From assembly GCA_963793425.1 (NCBI GenBank), contig CAWCAG010000007.1:1056001-1120000 (forward strand): 64,000 bases of DNA. Direction: 5' to 3'. Origin of the DNA: an uncultured cyanobacterium (lineage in GTDB: Bacteria; Cyanobacteriota; Cyanobacteriia; Cyanobacteriales; CAWCAG01). The notes beneath the pieces were generated by a model. That model worked only from the letters and a program-made list of their open reading frames with translations, had not been told where the DNA came from and searched no databases. Of the stretch, positions 51,619 to 61,572 are shown in pieces; positions within the stretch are counted from its first letter, which is position 1; every line of letters begins with the position of its first letter. The position numbers and the translations under genes are program-made.

Positions 51619-53232
51619 ATGAGGATTAGTAAATATCTCAAAGACTTTCCTAAAAGCGTGGCGATCGCAGCGGGAATTTTCTTTGCTTTAACCACCGCTT
51701 TTTTGTTACATCGCTACTATAGCGGCTATTTTAACTATACAAATTACGACCAAAGCATTTTTACCCAACTATTCTGGAATGGAACTCACGGTAAGATGTT
51801 CCAAAGTTCTCTTTCTTCTTCTCTGTCTGCGGCGGTAGAACTGGATGGGGAATTACCAAAAGTATTTTACTACCGCCTTGGTCAGCATTTCACCCCGGCT
51901 TTATTAGTTTGGTTGCCTCTTTACTTCCTCTATCCTTCTGCTGCCACTTTGATGGTGTTGCAAGCTGCAATTATGACAGCCGGGGGAATTGTGCTTTATT
52001 TTTTGGCACGCCATTATTTAGATGAGCAGAAATCTATTTTTATTGCCCTCAGCTTTTACTGTGCCAACGCTGTGATTGGCCCTACCCTAGCTAATTTTAG
52101 CGACTTTTGCCAAATTCCCTTATATGTATTTAGCCTCTTACTTGCCTTAGAAAAACGCTACTGGTGGCTATTTGTCGGTTTATCAGCTTTACTCCTCAGC
52201 GTTAGGGAAGACTCCGGCATCATTTTATTTAGTTTTGGCTTTTACTTCCTCCTCAGCAGGCGCTACCCCAAAATTGGTTTAGCACTTTGTATCTTTAGTT
52301 TTGGCTATATTTTGCTTGTCACCAACGTGATTATGCCTAGCTTTTCTGAAGATATTTCCCGTCGCTTTATGATGGAACAGTTCGCTGGTTATGTGGATGG
52401 GGAAGAAGCTTCAACTTTAGAAGTTATTGGCGGCATACTTAGTAAGCCGCAATTATTATTCCAAGAACTTTTTAGTCCTTTGCCTCAACTACTGCGCTAT
52501 CTTAGTGGGCATTGGCTTCCGTTGGCATATATCCCCGCAATTTCCCCCGCCGCTTGGTTAACCACAGCTTTCCCTCTACTTACCCTGCTGCTACGGCAAG
52601 ATATGTGGGCTTTTTCTATTAATATGCGCTTCGTTTTAGCAGTAGTACCAGGAATATTTTACGGCGCAATTATCTGGTGGTCAAACCATCCTGGGGCATT
52701 AAAACTCAGATTTCGCCGCATTTGGATTTTGTGCCTGAGTTTGTCTTTATTTTTTACATTTACCTCAAATCCTCATCGGGCTTGGTCTTTTATTATTCCT
52801 GATTCTGTTGATCCTTTGGTTTATGTCTCACTACCCCAGCAATGGCGACATATGGGGCATTTAAACTCCTTACAAAAGCAGATCCCACCAGATGCAAGCG
52901 TTGCAGCCACAACCCAGATTTTGCCCCACTTAGCCACTCGTCGTCAACTCCTTCCTTTTCCCCGGTTACAACTAATTAATGATGCCAAAGAAACTGTCGA
53001 TGTTGATTATGGAATCGCAGATTTATGGCAATTTCAACAATACCAAGCTGCTTTTGATGATAATCGTTTGAAACTCCAAGAATTAGTACCCATTATTGAG
53101 CAAATTTTGGTAGAAGGTAACTACGGTTTGATTGGTTATGAAGATGGAGTTATTTTGTTGCAAAAGGGCGTAAGTTCTGAGGTTGAAGCTTTGGCCGGTT
53201 GGCAGGGCTTTTTACAAGATTTGGCAGGTTAA
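51619..53232 (+). CDS. DUF2079 family membrane protein (GT-C-like)
   Basis: YDQ.IF.Q.FWN..HG, RLGQHFTPALL, REDSG, multiple TM helices. Confidence 0.82.
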   Translation: MRISKYLKDFPKSVAIAAGIFFALTTAFLLHRYYSGYFNYTNYDQSIFTQLFWNGTHGKMFQSSLSSSLSAAVELDGELPKVFYYRLGQHFTPALLVWLPLYFLYPSAATLMVLQAAIMTAGGIVLYFLARHYLDEQKSIFIALSFYCANAVIGPTLANFSDFCQIPLYVFSLLLALEKRYWWLFVGLSALLLSVREDSGIILFSFGFYFLLSRRYPKIGLALCIFSFGYILLVTNVIMPSFSEDISRRFMMEQFAGYVDGEEASTLEVIGGILSKPQLLFQELFSPLPQLLRYLSGHWLPLAYIPAISPAAWLTTAFPLLTLLLRQDMWAFSINMRFVLAVVPGIFYGAIIWWSNHPGALKLRFRRIWILCLSLSLFFTFTSNPHRAWSFIIPDSVDPLVYVSLPQQWRHMGHLNSLQKQIPPDASVAATTQILPHLATRRQLLPFPRLQLINDAKETVDVDYGIADLWQFQQYQAAFDDNRLKLQELVPIIEQILVEGNYGLIGYEDGVILLQKGVSSEVEALAGWQGFLQDLAG

Positions 53233-53500
53233 AGTTTTTGCGAATCATCTCCTCTCCTCAAAGATAAGTAATTGAGCAAAATTAACAGGAAAGGGGTAAG
53301 AAATATTCCTTTTGTGTTATAATAATCTCGTCAGATAAAAATCAATTTCAAGTTAAAAAACAAATATTTTTCGGAGCGGGGTTGGGAGCTTTCCTTAAAT
53401 AGACATGGACGGTAAACGTTTAACCTGGAAACTTTTTCTAATCAGGATTGCTTGAGCAGGACTTACGCACTTAGCGCCTGTTCCCATTTGATTATATATC

Positions 53501-53683
53501 TCAACGCGGAACCAGAACTTTAGCGCGATCGCCTGGAGAATCTTCAAAAATTGCTCCCCTTTGAATTAAATCACGCTTGATTGTTTCTGAAATTCCTTGA
53601 TTATCACCAAATTTGGCTTCATGAACGTTCGCCCCACTGAGATCAGCACCAATTAAATTAGCTTCTGTTAAGTTAGCTCCCAT
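53501..53683 (-). pseudogene. C-terminal remnant of a pentapeptide repeat protein
   Basis: Only ~4 repeats (ANLTE ANLIG ADLSG ANVHE) plus the tail AKFGDNQGISE...RGAIFEDSPGDR. Confidence 0.6.
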
Positions 53684-53691
53684 CTTCCTAT

Positions 53692-53722
53692 TAAAAAAGC
53701 GGCCCGATTATCAGGCAGCTTA
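53692..53722 (-). terminator. Intrinsic terminator downstream of yciI
   Basis: Minus strand AAGCTGCCTGA-TAA-TCGGGCCGCTT followed by TTTT. Confidence 0.6.
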
Positions 53723-53835
53723 ACAGTGTTTCTACTTATTCTACATTGACTTTTCTGTTCGTTAACAATGCTCTGAGCCATTTCTTGATATCGCTCTAAT
53801 TTGCTATCCATTTGAGCTTTATTTTTATGATCCTC

Positions 53836-54114
53836 TCAAGCTGCTGGAAAAACCTGAACCCATTCCTTAACCTCATATTCTGTCCAAATACCATTTTGCC
53901 AGTAAGGATCTCCTTCCACTAACTTACGTACCGTCGCTTCATCCTCTGCTTCATAAATGCCAAAAACTTTCGTTGTATCTTTGGTGGGGCCGAGGGTAAG
54001 TAAGACACCGCTTTCATGTTGAGCTTTGATGCCCTCAAGATGTTCTTGACGATAAGGCGATCGCGCCTCTAAAACGTTATCGCAGTAGCTACCCCACATG
54101 ACATATTTTGACAT
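53836..54114 (-). CDS. YciI family protein
   Basis: KYVMWGSYC, R.PYR.EHL.G, LGPTKD, DPYWQNGIW. Confidence 0.88.
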   Translation of the reverse strand: MSKYVMWGSYCDNVLEARSPYRQEHLEGIKAQHESGVLLTLGPTKDTTKVFGIYEAEDEATVRKLVEGDPYWQNGIWTEYEVKEWVQVFPAA

Positions 54115-54172
54115 AGTTTTTCTTTGACTCTAGGACTTATGCACTATACAAAAGTACATTGCCTCGTAGCGA

Positions 54173-54757
54173 TTAGCAATTACTCATTCCTTGCCAAAGT
54201 AACTCAATTAACCCTTGAACGTAAACTTTCGTAGGGAGAGACATTTCTGGGGGTTGTCCCATGTATTCTAAGTGAACGTAATTCATCAAAGAACCCAAAA
54301 GAGTGCGAGCGGCGATCGCGGGGTTACAATCATGAAGCCTACCTAATTCTATTTCTTGGGCAAAGAACTTGGTTAAGATGCGAATATCTCTAACGAGGGG
54401 AGATTCATCACAGCCCAAAATTTGATGCAAATCTCCTTTAGAGCATAGCATCGTTAATCTTGGTACAAGGTCGCGCAAAAATTCCACGATTTGCAGAGAA
54501 ACACAAATCAAATTCTCTTGTAAATCTCCTTCTCCCACCAGGGTTTCTAAATCTTTCACCCAGTCAGGAGTTTCCGAAATTCCTAAAGCAGCAAAAAAGA
54601 GTTTTTCTTTGGTGGTAAAGCGTTTAAAAATCGAGCCTTCTGATATACCGGCCTGTTTAGCAATTTCTAGGGTAGAACCCCCAAAACCATCTTTAAGAAA
54701 AACTTCCCGTGCCGCTGCTAAAATTTGTTCGTTAGTAATAGTGCGCGTTCGACCCAT
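54173..54757 (-). CDS. TetR/AcrR family transcriptional regulator
   Basis: ILAAAREVF...GF, EIAKQAGISEGSIFKRFTTKEKLF. Confidence 0.92.
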   Translation of the reverse strand: MGRTRTITNEQILAAAREVFLKDGFGGSTLEIAKQAGISEGSIFKRFTTKEKLFFAALGISETPDWVKDLETLVGEGDLQENLICVSLQIVEFLRDLVPRLTMLCSKGDLHQILGCDESPLVRDIRILTKFFAQEIELGRLHDCNPAIAARTLLGSLMNYVHLEYMGQPPEMSLPTKVYVQGLIELLWQGMSNC

Positions 54758-54919
54758 AAAGAAATTATCTGTTCTCCAGTGGCAGAGTGTTTATTTTATA
54801 CTAGATCCTGCCCTTGTTGCATAGTTTATCTATTAGGGTCGGGAGCTAGGGAGATAGAATATTTAACAACTAGCCATTAGCCATTAGCCACTAGCAATAA
54901 GTCTTTTCTTAGAGCTTTT

Positions 54920-55681
54920 TTACAATTCTATTTTAGGAACTTCAGTATTTTCAGCTTTAAAAAAGGACTTTTCTTTCCAACCTAAAAAAGAAGCAGGAAA
55001 AGATGTTACCTTTTGGTTATAAGCTTGTACCGCTTGGTTATAACTTCTGCGTTCAGCGGCAATGCGGTTTGCTGTTCCGGCTAGTTCGTATTGTAAATTG
55101 GTGAAAGCTTGAGAAGATTGTAACTGAGGATTGTTAGCAGCGTAATTTTGGAAGTTGATAATCGCTTGATTAACTTCTCCCGTGGCTTCTTGCTTTGCTT
55201 CGGTTGTTTCCGCTTGCAGATAGTTTTCCCTTGCTTTGATCAGCAACTCTACCATTTTTTGTTCTTGTTGGGCAGAAGCTTTAGTAACGCCAACTAATTG
55301 CGGAATTAGATCCGCGCGGCGTTGCAGTTGATTTTCTACTTGCGCCCAGGCAGCATCAACTTCACTAGCTGAATTAGAAAGGGCATTATGGGTTAAACCT
55401 GCCCAAACTAAGGTTAAAGCAGCCAAGCCCCCAAGTACCATTAAACCCTGTTTTTTCCTTTGTTCTGCCTTCGCCCTTTGTTGTACTTCAGCTTGTCTTT
55501 TCGCTTTAACTTCTGCGATCGCTTGTTCTACTAAAGCTGGGGGAATTTCCACCTCTGAACCCGCTGCTTTAAGTTCTGTGGGGCTATAACCTTGGGTTGT
55601 TTCGGCATATAATCGTGAGGCAATTTCCATGACTTCATCAGCCATATCGTCAGGAATACGAGAATTATTAGAGTCGTTCAT
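54920..55681 (-). CDS. LemA family protein with N-terminal extension
   Basis: WAQVENQLQRRADLIP, PQLQSS..F..LQYELAGT.NRIA.ERR.YN.AV..YN; ATG 55681 preferred. Confidence 0.9.
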   Translation of the reverse strand: MNDSNNSRIPDDMADEVMEIASRLYAETTQGYSPTELKAAGSEVEIPPALVEQAIAEVKAKRQAEVQQRAKAEQRKKQGLMVLGGLAALTLVWAGLTHNALSNSASEVDAAWAQVENQLQRRADLIPQLVGVTKASAQQEQKMVELLIKARENYLQAETTEAKQEATGEVNQAIINFQNYAANNPQLQSSQAFTNLQYELAGTANRIAAERRSYNQAVQAYNQKVTSFPASFLGWKEKSFFKAENTEVPKIEL

Positions 55682-55701
55682 ATTTTTCCTTAATACTATA
55701 A

Positions 55702-57162
55702 TTACCAATCACCACCAGCACCACCGCCGCCACTATCGCCACCGCCAAAGTCTCCCCCACCGCCACTATCGCCACCGCCAAAGTCTCCCCCACCGCTACT
55801 GCTGCCACCGCTATAGCCGCCACTACTACTTCCACTGCTATAACCACCACTACTATAACCACCGCTGCTGCTACTGCTGCTACTACGAACTTTACGAGGT
55901 ATAGTTTCTTTTTTCTCCCGGTGATAGTCGCAACATTGGCAAGTATAAGTGTTAAGACGTGTTCCTGAGTGGCTGTAGGTAGCTGGAGTAAGAATCTGAG
56001 AGTTATTAGTTACAGTTAATTCTTTACCCACCGGACATTCAGAATATCCCCATTTTCCTAAAATATAGGCACGGAGGTGAATAGAATCACGAGTCGTGAC
56101 TGACTGACAGTGGGGGCAATGCCAAGCGGCAAATTTAACACTCCCTAGCTCTTGGGCTTTCTTTTGATGAGGTGTAAGAAACAGAGAAAGGGTAGTAGCA
56201 TTAAAAGTTTCCATCTCTTTTTGACAATCTTGACAATATATAGGGCGTGATGATTTGCCCGTGGTGGCAAATAGGACTGTAGCTATGATGAGGCTAAGGG
56301 GAAAGGCTGCAACACCAGCAATTAAAGCAGCTAAAATAAAAGTACTTATATCTATAGTTGTATTAGTATCAGCAAAAGACCAAGCAGATATAAGGAACGC
56401 AGGAGCAAATAAGACACAAAATGTAGTCAACCAGGACATAATATAGAAGTTGACGCTGGCCTTTTCACTTCCTCTCAATCTTTCTGAACCTGTGGGAGAA
56501 ACATAAATTGGCTGTTTAGCCAGGCTTTTAGTGGGGAAATAGTTAAATATGGCGGCCCCCAAACTTAAAAAAGGTAGTATGAGGTAATTAAAGAAACTGT
56601 TGCTGCTGTTAGTGGTAGGAGATTCAGCAAAGGTTTCCCCCTGTAAAACACTTACTAAAGCATTGGTTCCCCCGACAATGCCCGCTTCCATGTTGCCTTC
56701 CTTGAAGCGAGGAATAATTTCTCCCTGGATAATACTGCCAAGGCGAGAGTCTGGTAGTATCCCTTCAACTCCATAACCTGTCTCAATTTCTACTCGGCGA
56801 TCGCCTACCGAAGTGAGGAACAATACACCATTATCTTGTCCTTGTTTACCAATACCCCAAGAGTTAAATAATTCTGTGGCAAATTCTTTCGGGGAAGCAG
56901 CCGGGGTTGTTTCTTGTACTGTCACCACAGCGATTTCTGTACCATTAGTCTCCTCCAATTGACTAATTATCTGGTTTAACTCAGCTTCGCTACCATCACT
57001 GAGTATGTTAGCCATATCAGTTACCCAACCACCATATACCTGTTGTGGGTTAGGAACTTCTTGTATGTTTAAAGCCTGACTGGGGCTAGAGAGGATTAAT
57101 GCTGATAGACAAGCTATGACCAAAGAAAGAATGAACTTAATCGAACGAGGTAGAGAAAACAT
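55702..57162 (-). CDS. TPM-domain membrane protein with Cys-rich region and Gly/Ser-rich tail
   Basis: WVTDMA.ILS, EIAVVTV, LFN.WGIG....DNGVLFL, RRVEIETGYG.EG.LPD; CQDC/CPHC/CQCC; FGGGDSGGGGAGGDW end with a 33-nt tandem duplication. Confidence 0.9.
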   Translation of the reverse strand: MFSLPRSIKFILSLVIACLSALILSSPSQALNIQEVPNPQQVYGGWVTDMANILSDGSEAELNQIISQLEETNGTEIAVVTVQETTPAASPKEFATELFNSWGIGKQGQDNGVLFLTSVGDRRVEIETGYGVEGILPDSRLGSIIQGEIIPRFKEGNMEAGIVGGTNALVSVLQGETFAESPTTNSSNSFFNYLILPFLSLGAAIFNYFPTKSLAKQPIYVSPTGSERLRGSEKASVNFYIMSWLTTFCVLFAPAFLISAWSFADTNTTIDISTFILAALIAGVAAFPLSLIIATVLFATTGKSSRPIYCQDCQKEMETFNATTLSLFLTPHQKKAQELGSVKFAAWHCPHCQSVTTRDSIHLRAYILGKWGYSECPVGKELTVTNNSQILTPATYSHSGTRLNTYTCQCCDYHREKKETIPRKVRSSSSSSSGGYSSGGYSSGSSSGGYSGGSSSGGGDFGGGDSGGGGDFGGGDSGGGGAGGDW

Positions 57163-57165
57163 CAG

Positions 57166-57840
57166 CTATATTCCTTTTCTTGAATTACCAATCATCGCCA
57201 GCACCACCACCGCCAAAATTGCTACCACAATCATCACTACTACCACTATAATCGCTGAAGAATTAGCTAAAGTTTTTGTGTCTCCTTGAGTAGTAGGATT
57301 ATCAGCAAAGGTTGCTTCTTGCAACACACTCACTAATGCCTTTGTTCCCCCCACAATGCCAGCTTCCATATTACCTTCTTGAAAATAAGGGATAATTTCT
57401 CGCTCAATAATACTAGCGACATCAGAGTCTGGTAATAGATCTGGAATCCCATAACCTGTGTCAATTTCTACTCGGCGATCGCCAATAGAAGTGAGGAACA
57501 ATACACCATTATTTAGCCCTTGTTTGCCAATGCCCCAATAGTTGAATAGTTCTGTAGCAAATTCTTTTGGAGTGGCAGCCGGGGCAGTTTCTGGTACTGT
57601 TACTACAGCAATTTCTGTGCCGTTAGTCGCCTCCAATTGGCTAATCATCTGGTTTAATTCCGCTTCGCTACTATCACTCAGTACGTTAGCCATATCAGTT
57701 ACCCAACCACCATATTCTTGTTGCGGGTTAGGAACCTCTTGTATGTTTAAGGACTGGCTAAAAGTTGAGAAGATTAATACTGATAGACAAGCTATAACCA
57801 AAGAAAGAGAGAACTTAATTGGGCGAGGTAGAGAAAACAT
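57166..57840 (-). CDS. Short TPM-domain protein, tandem paralog of the downstream gene
   Basis: First ~185 aa nearly colinear with 55702..57162; ends in a single hydrophobic helix. Confidence 0.85.
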   Translation of the reverse strand: MFSLPRPIKFSLSLVIACLSVLIFSTFSQSLNIQEVPNPQQEYGGWVTDMANVLSDSSEAELNQMISQLEATNGTEIAVVTVPETAPAATPKEFATELFNYWGIGKQGLNNGVLFLTSIGDRRVEIDTGYGIPDLLPDSDVASIIEREIIPYFQEGNMEAGIVGGTKALVSVLQEATFADNPTTQGDTKTLANSSAIIVVVVMIVVAILAVVVLAMIGNSRKGI

Positions 57841-57930
57841 GAGTTTACCCGCAAGAACTAATCTCTATTCTAAAGCTAGTGATATTAGATCCTGTTTTTA
57901 GTGAGAAGTTAGGGAGCTATAGTGCCAAAT

Positions 57931-59421
57931 TTACCAATTCTTGGTTCTTTCCACAGCTTTTTGCCAGGGAGCAAAGTTAGCCTGGGCTTGTTTAGCCCCT
58001 TCTCCTGGTTGAAAGATTCGTTCTATCTGACGCTGGGCAATTAATTCTTGGTAATCCTGCCAAAACCCTACGGCTAAACCTGCGCCAAATGCTGCACCTT
58101 GGGCAGTGGCATCAATGATATCAGGGCGTTCTACTTTTATGCCTAGCACATCTGCCTGAAACTGCATCAGGAAGTTATTTTGCGACATACCGCCATCTAC
58201 CTTAAGTAGGGAAACAGCTTCAGTACTATCTTGATTAATCGCCTCAACTACTTCCTTAACCTGGTAAGCAATAGACTCTAAAACCGCCCTCACCAGGTGT
58301 TCTCTCTGTACTCCTCCAGTTATACCAAAAAAGGCTCCACGGGCGCTCATATCCCAGTGCGGCGTACCTAAACCACTTAAAGCAGGAACAAAGTAAACGC
58401 CGTTAGTATCTTTAACTTGTCGGGCTAAAGAATCTGTTTCCTGGGCAGTTTTGATTAACTTTAAACCGTCCCTTAACCACTGAATGCAAGCCCCGGTGGT
58501 AAACATTGCTCCTTCAATGGCGTAGTTGGCTTCCTGGGCTGGGTTAGTCCAGGCGACGGTGGAGAGCAGTTTGTGGTGGGATCGCACTATTTCTTTCCCA
58601 GCTTGGGCAACTAAAAAACAACCTGTGCCGTAGGTACATTTTAATAGTCCGGGGCGATCGCAACCATGGGCAAATAAGGCTGATTGTTGATCACCGAAGA
58701 TGGCTGTGACAGGGATTTCCACCCCTAATATTTCCGGGCTGATTGTACCAAATTCTCCCATGCTGGGTTTAATACTTGGCATTAACTGCCGGGGAAGATT
58801 GAATAATTTCAGTAAGGTATCATCCCAATCTAAACTAGCCAGATTCATCAACATAGTGCGGCTAGCATTGCTATGATCTGTAGCATGAATTTTACCCCCA
58901 GTTAAGTTCCAGAGTACCCAGGTATCAATGGTTCCTGCGAGGATGTTGTTGATGTCAATTTCTGAGTTATGCTTTTTAACCCAGTCTAATAACCAAGCTA
59001 ACTTAGTAGCAGAAAAGTAAGCATCTACTACCAAACCCGTGCGTTCTTCAATAGTTGCTGAATGTCCTTGTTCAATTAACTTATGGCACTGTGCCGCAGT
59101 GCGGCGATCTTGCCAAACAATTGCTTTATGCAAAGGTTTACCAGTGGTTTTGTCCCACAACAAACAAGTTTCTCTCTGTACTGTCAAACCAATAGCTGCA
59201 ATAGCTTTCGGGGCGATCTTTGTCTCTTGAACCACCTTTGTAATGCAACAGCGAATATCTTGCCAAATTTCTGTTGCATCGTGTTCCAACCAACCGGGCT
59301 GGGGATAATATTGTCTTAATTCTTGATATGCTTGCCCTGCCACTACTCCTTGGTGATTAAATAAGATAGCGCGGTTGCCTGTGGTTCCTAAGTCGAGGGC
59401 GAGAATATATTTGTCATTCAT
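57931..59421 (-). CDS. glpK: Glycerol kinase
   Basis: LALDLGTTGNRA, QRET, WQDRRT, YFSATK, GDQQSALF, TYGTG, PHWD..ARG. Confidence 0.95.
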   Translation of the reverse strand: MNDKYILALDLGTTGNRAILFNHQGVVAGQAYQELRQYYPQPGWLEHDATEIWQDIRCCITKVVQETKIAPKAIAAIGLTVQRETCLLWDKTTGKPLHKAIVWQDRRTAAQCHKLIEQGHSATIEERTGLVVDAYFSATKLAWLLDWVKKHNSEIDINNILAGTIDTWVLWNLTGGKIHATDHSNASRTMLMNLASLDWDDTLLKLFNLPRQLMPSIKPSMGEFGTISPEILGVEIPVTAIFGDQQSALFAHGCDRPGLLKCTYGTGCFLVAQAGKEIVRSHHKLLSTVAWTNPAQEANYAIEGAMFTTGACIQWLRDGLKLIKTAQETDSLARQVKDTNGVYFVPALSGLGTPHWDMSARGAFFGITGGVQREHLVRAVLESIAYQVKEVVEAINQDSTEAVSLLKVDGGMSQNNFLMQFQADVLGIKVERPDIIDATAQGAAFGAGLAVGFWQDYQELIAQRQIERIFQPGEGAKQAQANFAPWQKAVERTKNW

Positions 59422-59554
59422 TATAAGGAGCAGGGTCAAGTCAAAAGTTATTGGCGTAAGCCTTAAATGATTAATAACATTGCTTTGACATTGCCGGAGG
59501 ATAAGAATTATTTCTTTTTAGAAAAAAACTTTTTTGTCAGGAATTTGTATTACA

Positions 59555-60262
59555 CTACCTTACTTGCACAATTAAAAGAGAAAAGTAAGGCAACTTTAAT
59601 TGCGATCGCTCCTCTAAATTATGGTAAATAACTTGGTCAGGAAAAGTTGCTTTCTCGATTACCCAACTTGATTTAAGTAACTTGTGTTTGTGTAAAATTT
59701 GCCAAACTTGTTGGTAAACAGAACTTACTTTCAGCAAAACCACTACATCTGCCCAAGCTATTACCTCTTCTAATTCTCCTGGATGATATAAAGCTGGTAA
59801 AACAGCTAGACGTTGAGAACGAACCGTTAGGGGTATTCCCAAAGCATGAGCCGCAGCTAGGGGAGAACAAACTCCCGGTACAGTTTCGATGGCAACTTGA
59901 GGAGCTATTTGTTGTAGGGTTTGGGCTAAATAAGTGAAGGTACTATAAAAACTTACATCTCCTTCACAAGCAAAAGCCACGTCTTGTCCTGAGTTTAAAT
60001 GATGCCAAACCTTCTGGGCTGCTGTTTGCCAAGCTTTGGTGAGAATATCTTCTTCTTGGGTATAGGGAAAAACCAAGGGTAATTTTTGTTGCGATGGAGA
60101 TAACCAAGGTGCAATAATTTGTTCGGCAATTCCTGGCTTACCATGTAACCCGGCGGGGAAAGCAACTACACTCACTTGCTTGAGGAGGCGTAGTGCTTTG
60201 AGGGTAATTAATTCAGGATCTCCTGTACCGACACTGATACCGTAGAGAAAAGGTGATTGCAA
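59555..60262 (-). CDS. cobI: Precorrin-2 C20-methyltransferase
   Basis: LYGISVGTGDPELITLKA, EGDVSFYSTF.Y, VPGVCS, LPYFSL. Confidence 0.9.
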   Translation of the reverse strand: MQSPFLYGISVGTGDPELITLKALRLLKQVSVVAFPAGLHGKPGIAEQIIAPWLSPSQQKLPLVFPYTQEEDILTKAWQTAAQKVWHHLNSGQDVAFACEGDVSFYSTFTYLAQTLQQIAPQVAIETVPGVCSPLAAAHALGIPLTVRSQRLAVLPALYHPGELEEVIAWADVVVLLKVSSVYQQVWQILHKHKLLKSSWVIEKATFPDQVIYHNLEERSQLKLPYFSLLIVQVR

Positions 60263-60274
60263 AATTTCTTTCCT

Positions 60275-60973
60275 ATGTTACCAACTGTTATTTTACCGGG
60301 TTATTTAGCTGCGGCTCAAGATTACCAGGAACTAGAAAACGCTTTACAACAAAGGGGATATCCCACAACTACTGTGCCTTTAAGGAAAAGGCACTGGCTT
60401 CCCACCTTGGGAGGGCGTTCCGTTGTGCCTATCCTCAAGCGTATTCATCATACTGTACAGCAAGTACAACAAAAATATAATTGCTCACAAATTAATCTAG
60501 TTGCCCATTCTGCTGGGGGTTGGATTGCTCGTATTTATTTAGGAGAAATACCCTACAATATTCATGGTGACGGGCAGGAAGTTGGCGGGGTGTGGCAAGC
60601 TTATGCTCAAGTTGCTACTTTAATTACTTTAGGAACCCCCCACGTTAGCCAGGAACGCTGGACAAGAAAAAATTTAGATTTTGTAGCTAACAATTATCCT
60701 GGGGCTTTTTACCCCGATGTTAAATATGTTTGCGTTGCCGGTAAAGCTATTTATGGGGAAAGAAAGCCGGGAAGTTGGCTTGCTTATAACAGTTATAAGT
60801 TAACTAGTGGTGAACCTAATGTTTGGGGAGATGGCATTACCCCTGTAACCTCTGCCCATCTTGAAGGGGCAGTTAATCTTACCTTAGAACGTGTCAAGCA
60901 TTCTCCTAAATCTGCTGGTATTTGGTATGGTTCCCCGGAAGTAATTCCCGCTTGGGTAAATTACTTGACTTAG
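60275..60973 (+). CDS. Alpha/beta hydrolase (esterase/lipase, PGAP1-like)
   Basis: ILPGY, AHSAGG nucleophile elbow, TLGTPH, GDGITP, H; ATG 60275 preferred. Confidence 0.85.
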   Translation: MLPTVILPGYLAAAQDYQELENALQQRGYPTTTVPLRKRHWLPTLGGRSVVPILKRIHHTVQQVQQKYNCSQINLVAHSAGGWIARIYLGEIPYNIHGDGQEVGGVWQAYAQVATLITLGTPHVSQERWTRKNLDFVANNYPGAFYPDVKYVCVAGKAIYGERKPGSWLAYNSYKLTSGEPNVWGDGITPVTSAHLEGAVNLTLERVKHSPKSAGIWYGSPEVIPAWVNYLT

Positions 60974-60983
60974 AGGCAGAACA

Positions 60984-61010
60984 AAACCGGGTTAATGATT
61001 AACCCGGTTT
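60984..61010. terminator. Perfect palindrome between convergent genes (probable bidirectional terminator)
   Basis: AAACCGGGTTAAT-G-ATTAACCCGGTTT. Confidence 0.65.
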
Positions 61011-61101
61011 AGCAATTTCAGTATTAATTTATAGCAATTCTCACGACTTGTGAGGTACTAAATTCTCGGTTTGAGGGAGCAGGGAGCAGGGTTTGTACAG
61101 C

Positions 61102-61572
61102 TTATTGAGGAGCGCAAGTAGCATATTCACCTAAGCTACCAGATTCTCCACCTACTTGAATGCCTGTGTCAAGAATTTGGGCATCGGCAATATTTAAGTT
61201 TTCCATAGAAGCCCCTGTCACATCAGCATCATAAATAATTGCATTGGCGAAGTTAACACCATCTAGATCACTATTATTCATACAAGCATTGGTAAGAAAA
61301 GCTGAGTTAAGGTTAGCTCCTTCGAGATTTGCACCTGTAAGATCCGCACCTTCAAGGTTAGCTTCAAAAAGATTAGCTCCCTGGAGGTTAGCTTCTCGCA
61401 AATCTGCACCAATTAAGTGAGAGCCTTCTAAGTTTGCACCTTCTAAGTTACAACCTGGGCATAGGTTTGTCTCTAGCAATTTTTCGACATGAAGGGGATC
61501 TTCTGCCCTCAAAGAGGTCGCAAAAAATAAAGGGGCTACTAAGGCGATCGCGGCTAATATTTTGGTTTGCAT
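61102..61572 (-). CDS. Secreted/lumenal pentapeptide repeat protein
   Basis: Signal peptide, LLETN.CPGCNL.GANL, HLIGADLR; AGGAGA RBS before ATG 61572. Confidence 0.88.
   Translation of the reverse strand: MQTKILAAIALVAPLFFATSLRAEDPLHVEKLLETNLCPGCNLEGANLEGSHLIGADLREANLQGANLFEANLEGADLTGANLEGANLNSAFLTNACMNNSDLDGVNFANAIIYDADVTGASMENLNIADAQILDTGIQVGGESGSLGEYATCAPQ

Noticed and set aside
53670..53812. 47-codon minus-strand ORF MDSKLERYQEMAQSIV..., faintly like a XisI N-terminus
   Set aside because: Similarity is limited to about 15 residues and the ORF runs through a terminator; too weak to call
55629..55904. His/Arg/Tyr-rich 91-aa ORF and Val-rich 64-aa ORF
   Set aside because: Antisense and shifted-frame shadows of the Gly/Ser-rich TPM tail
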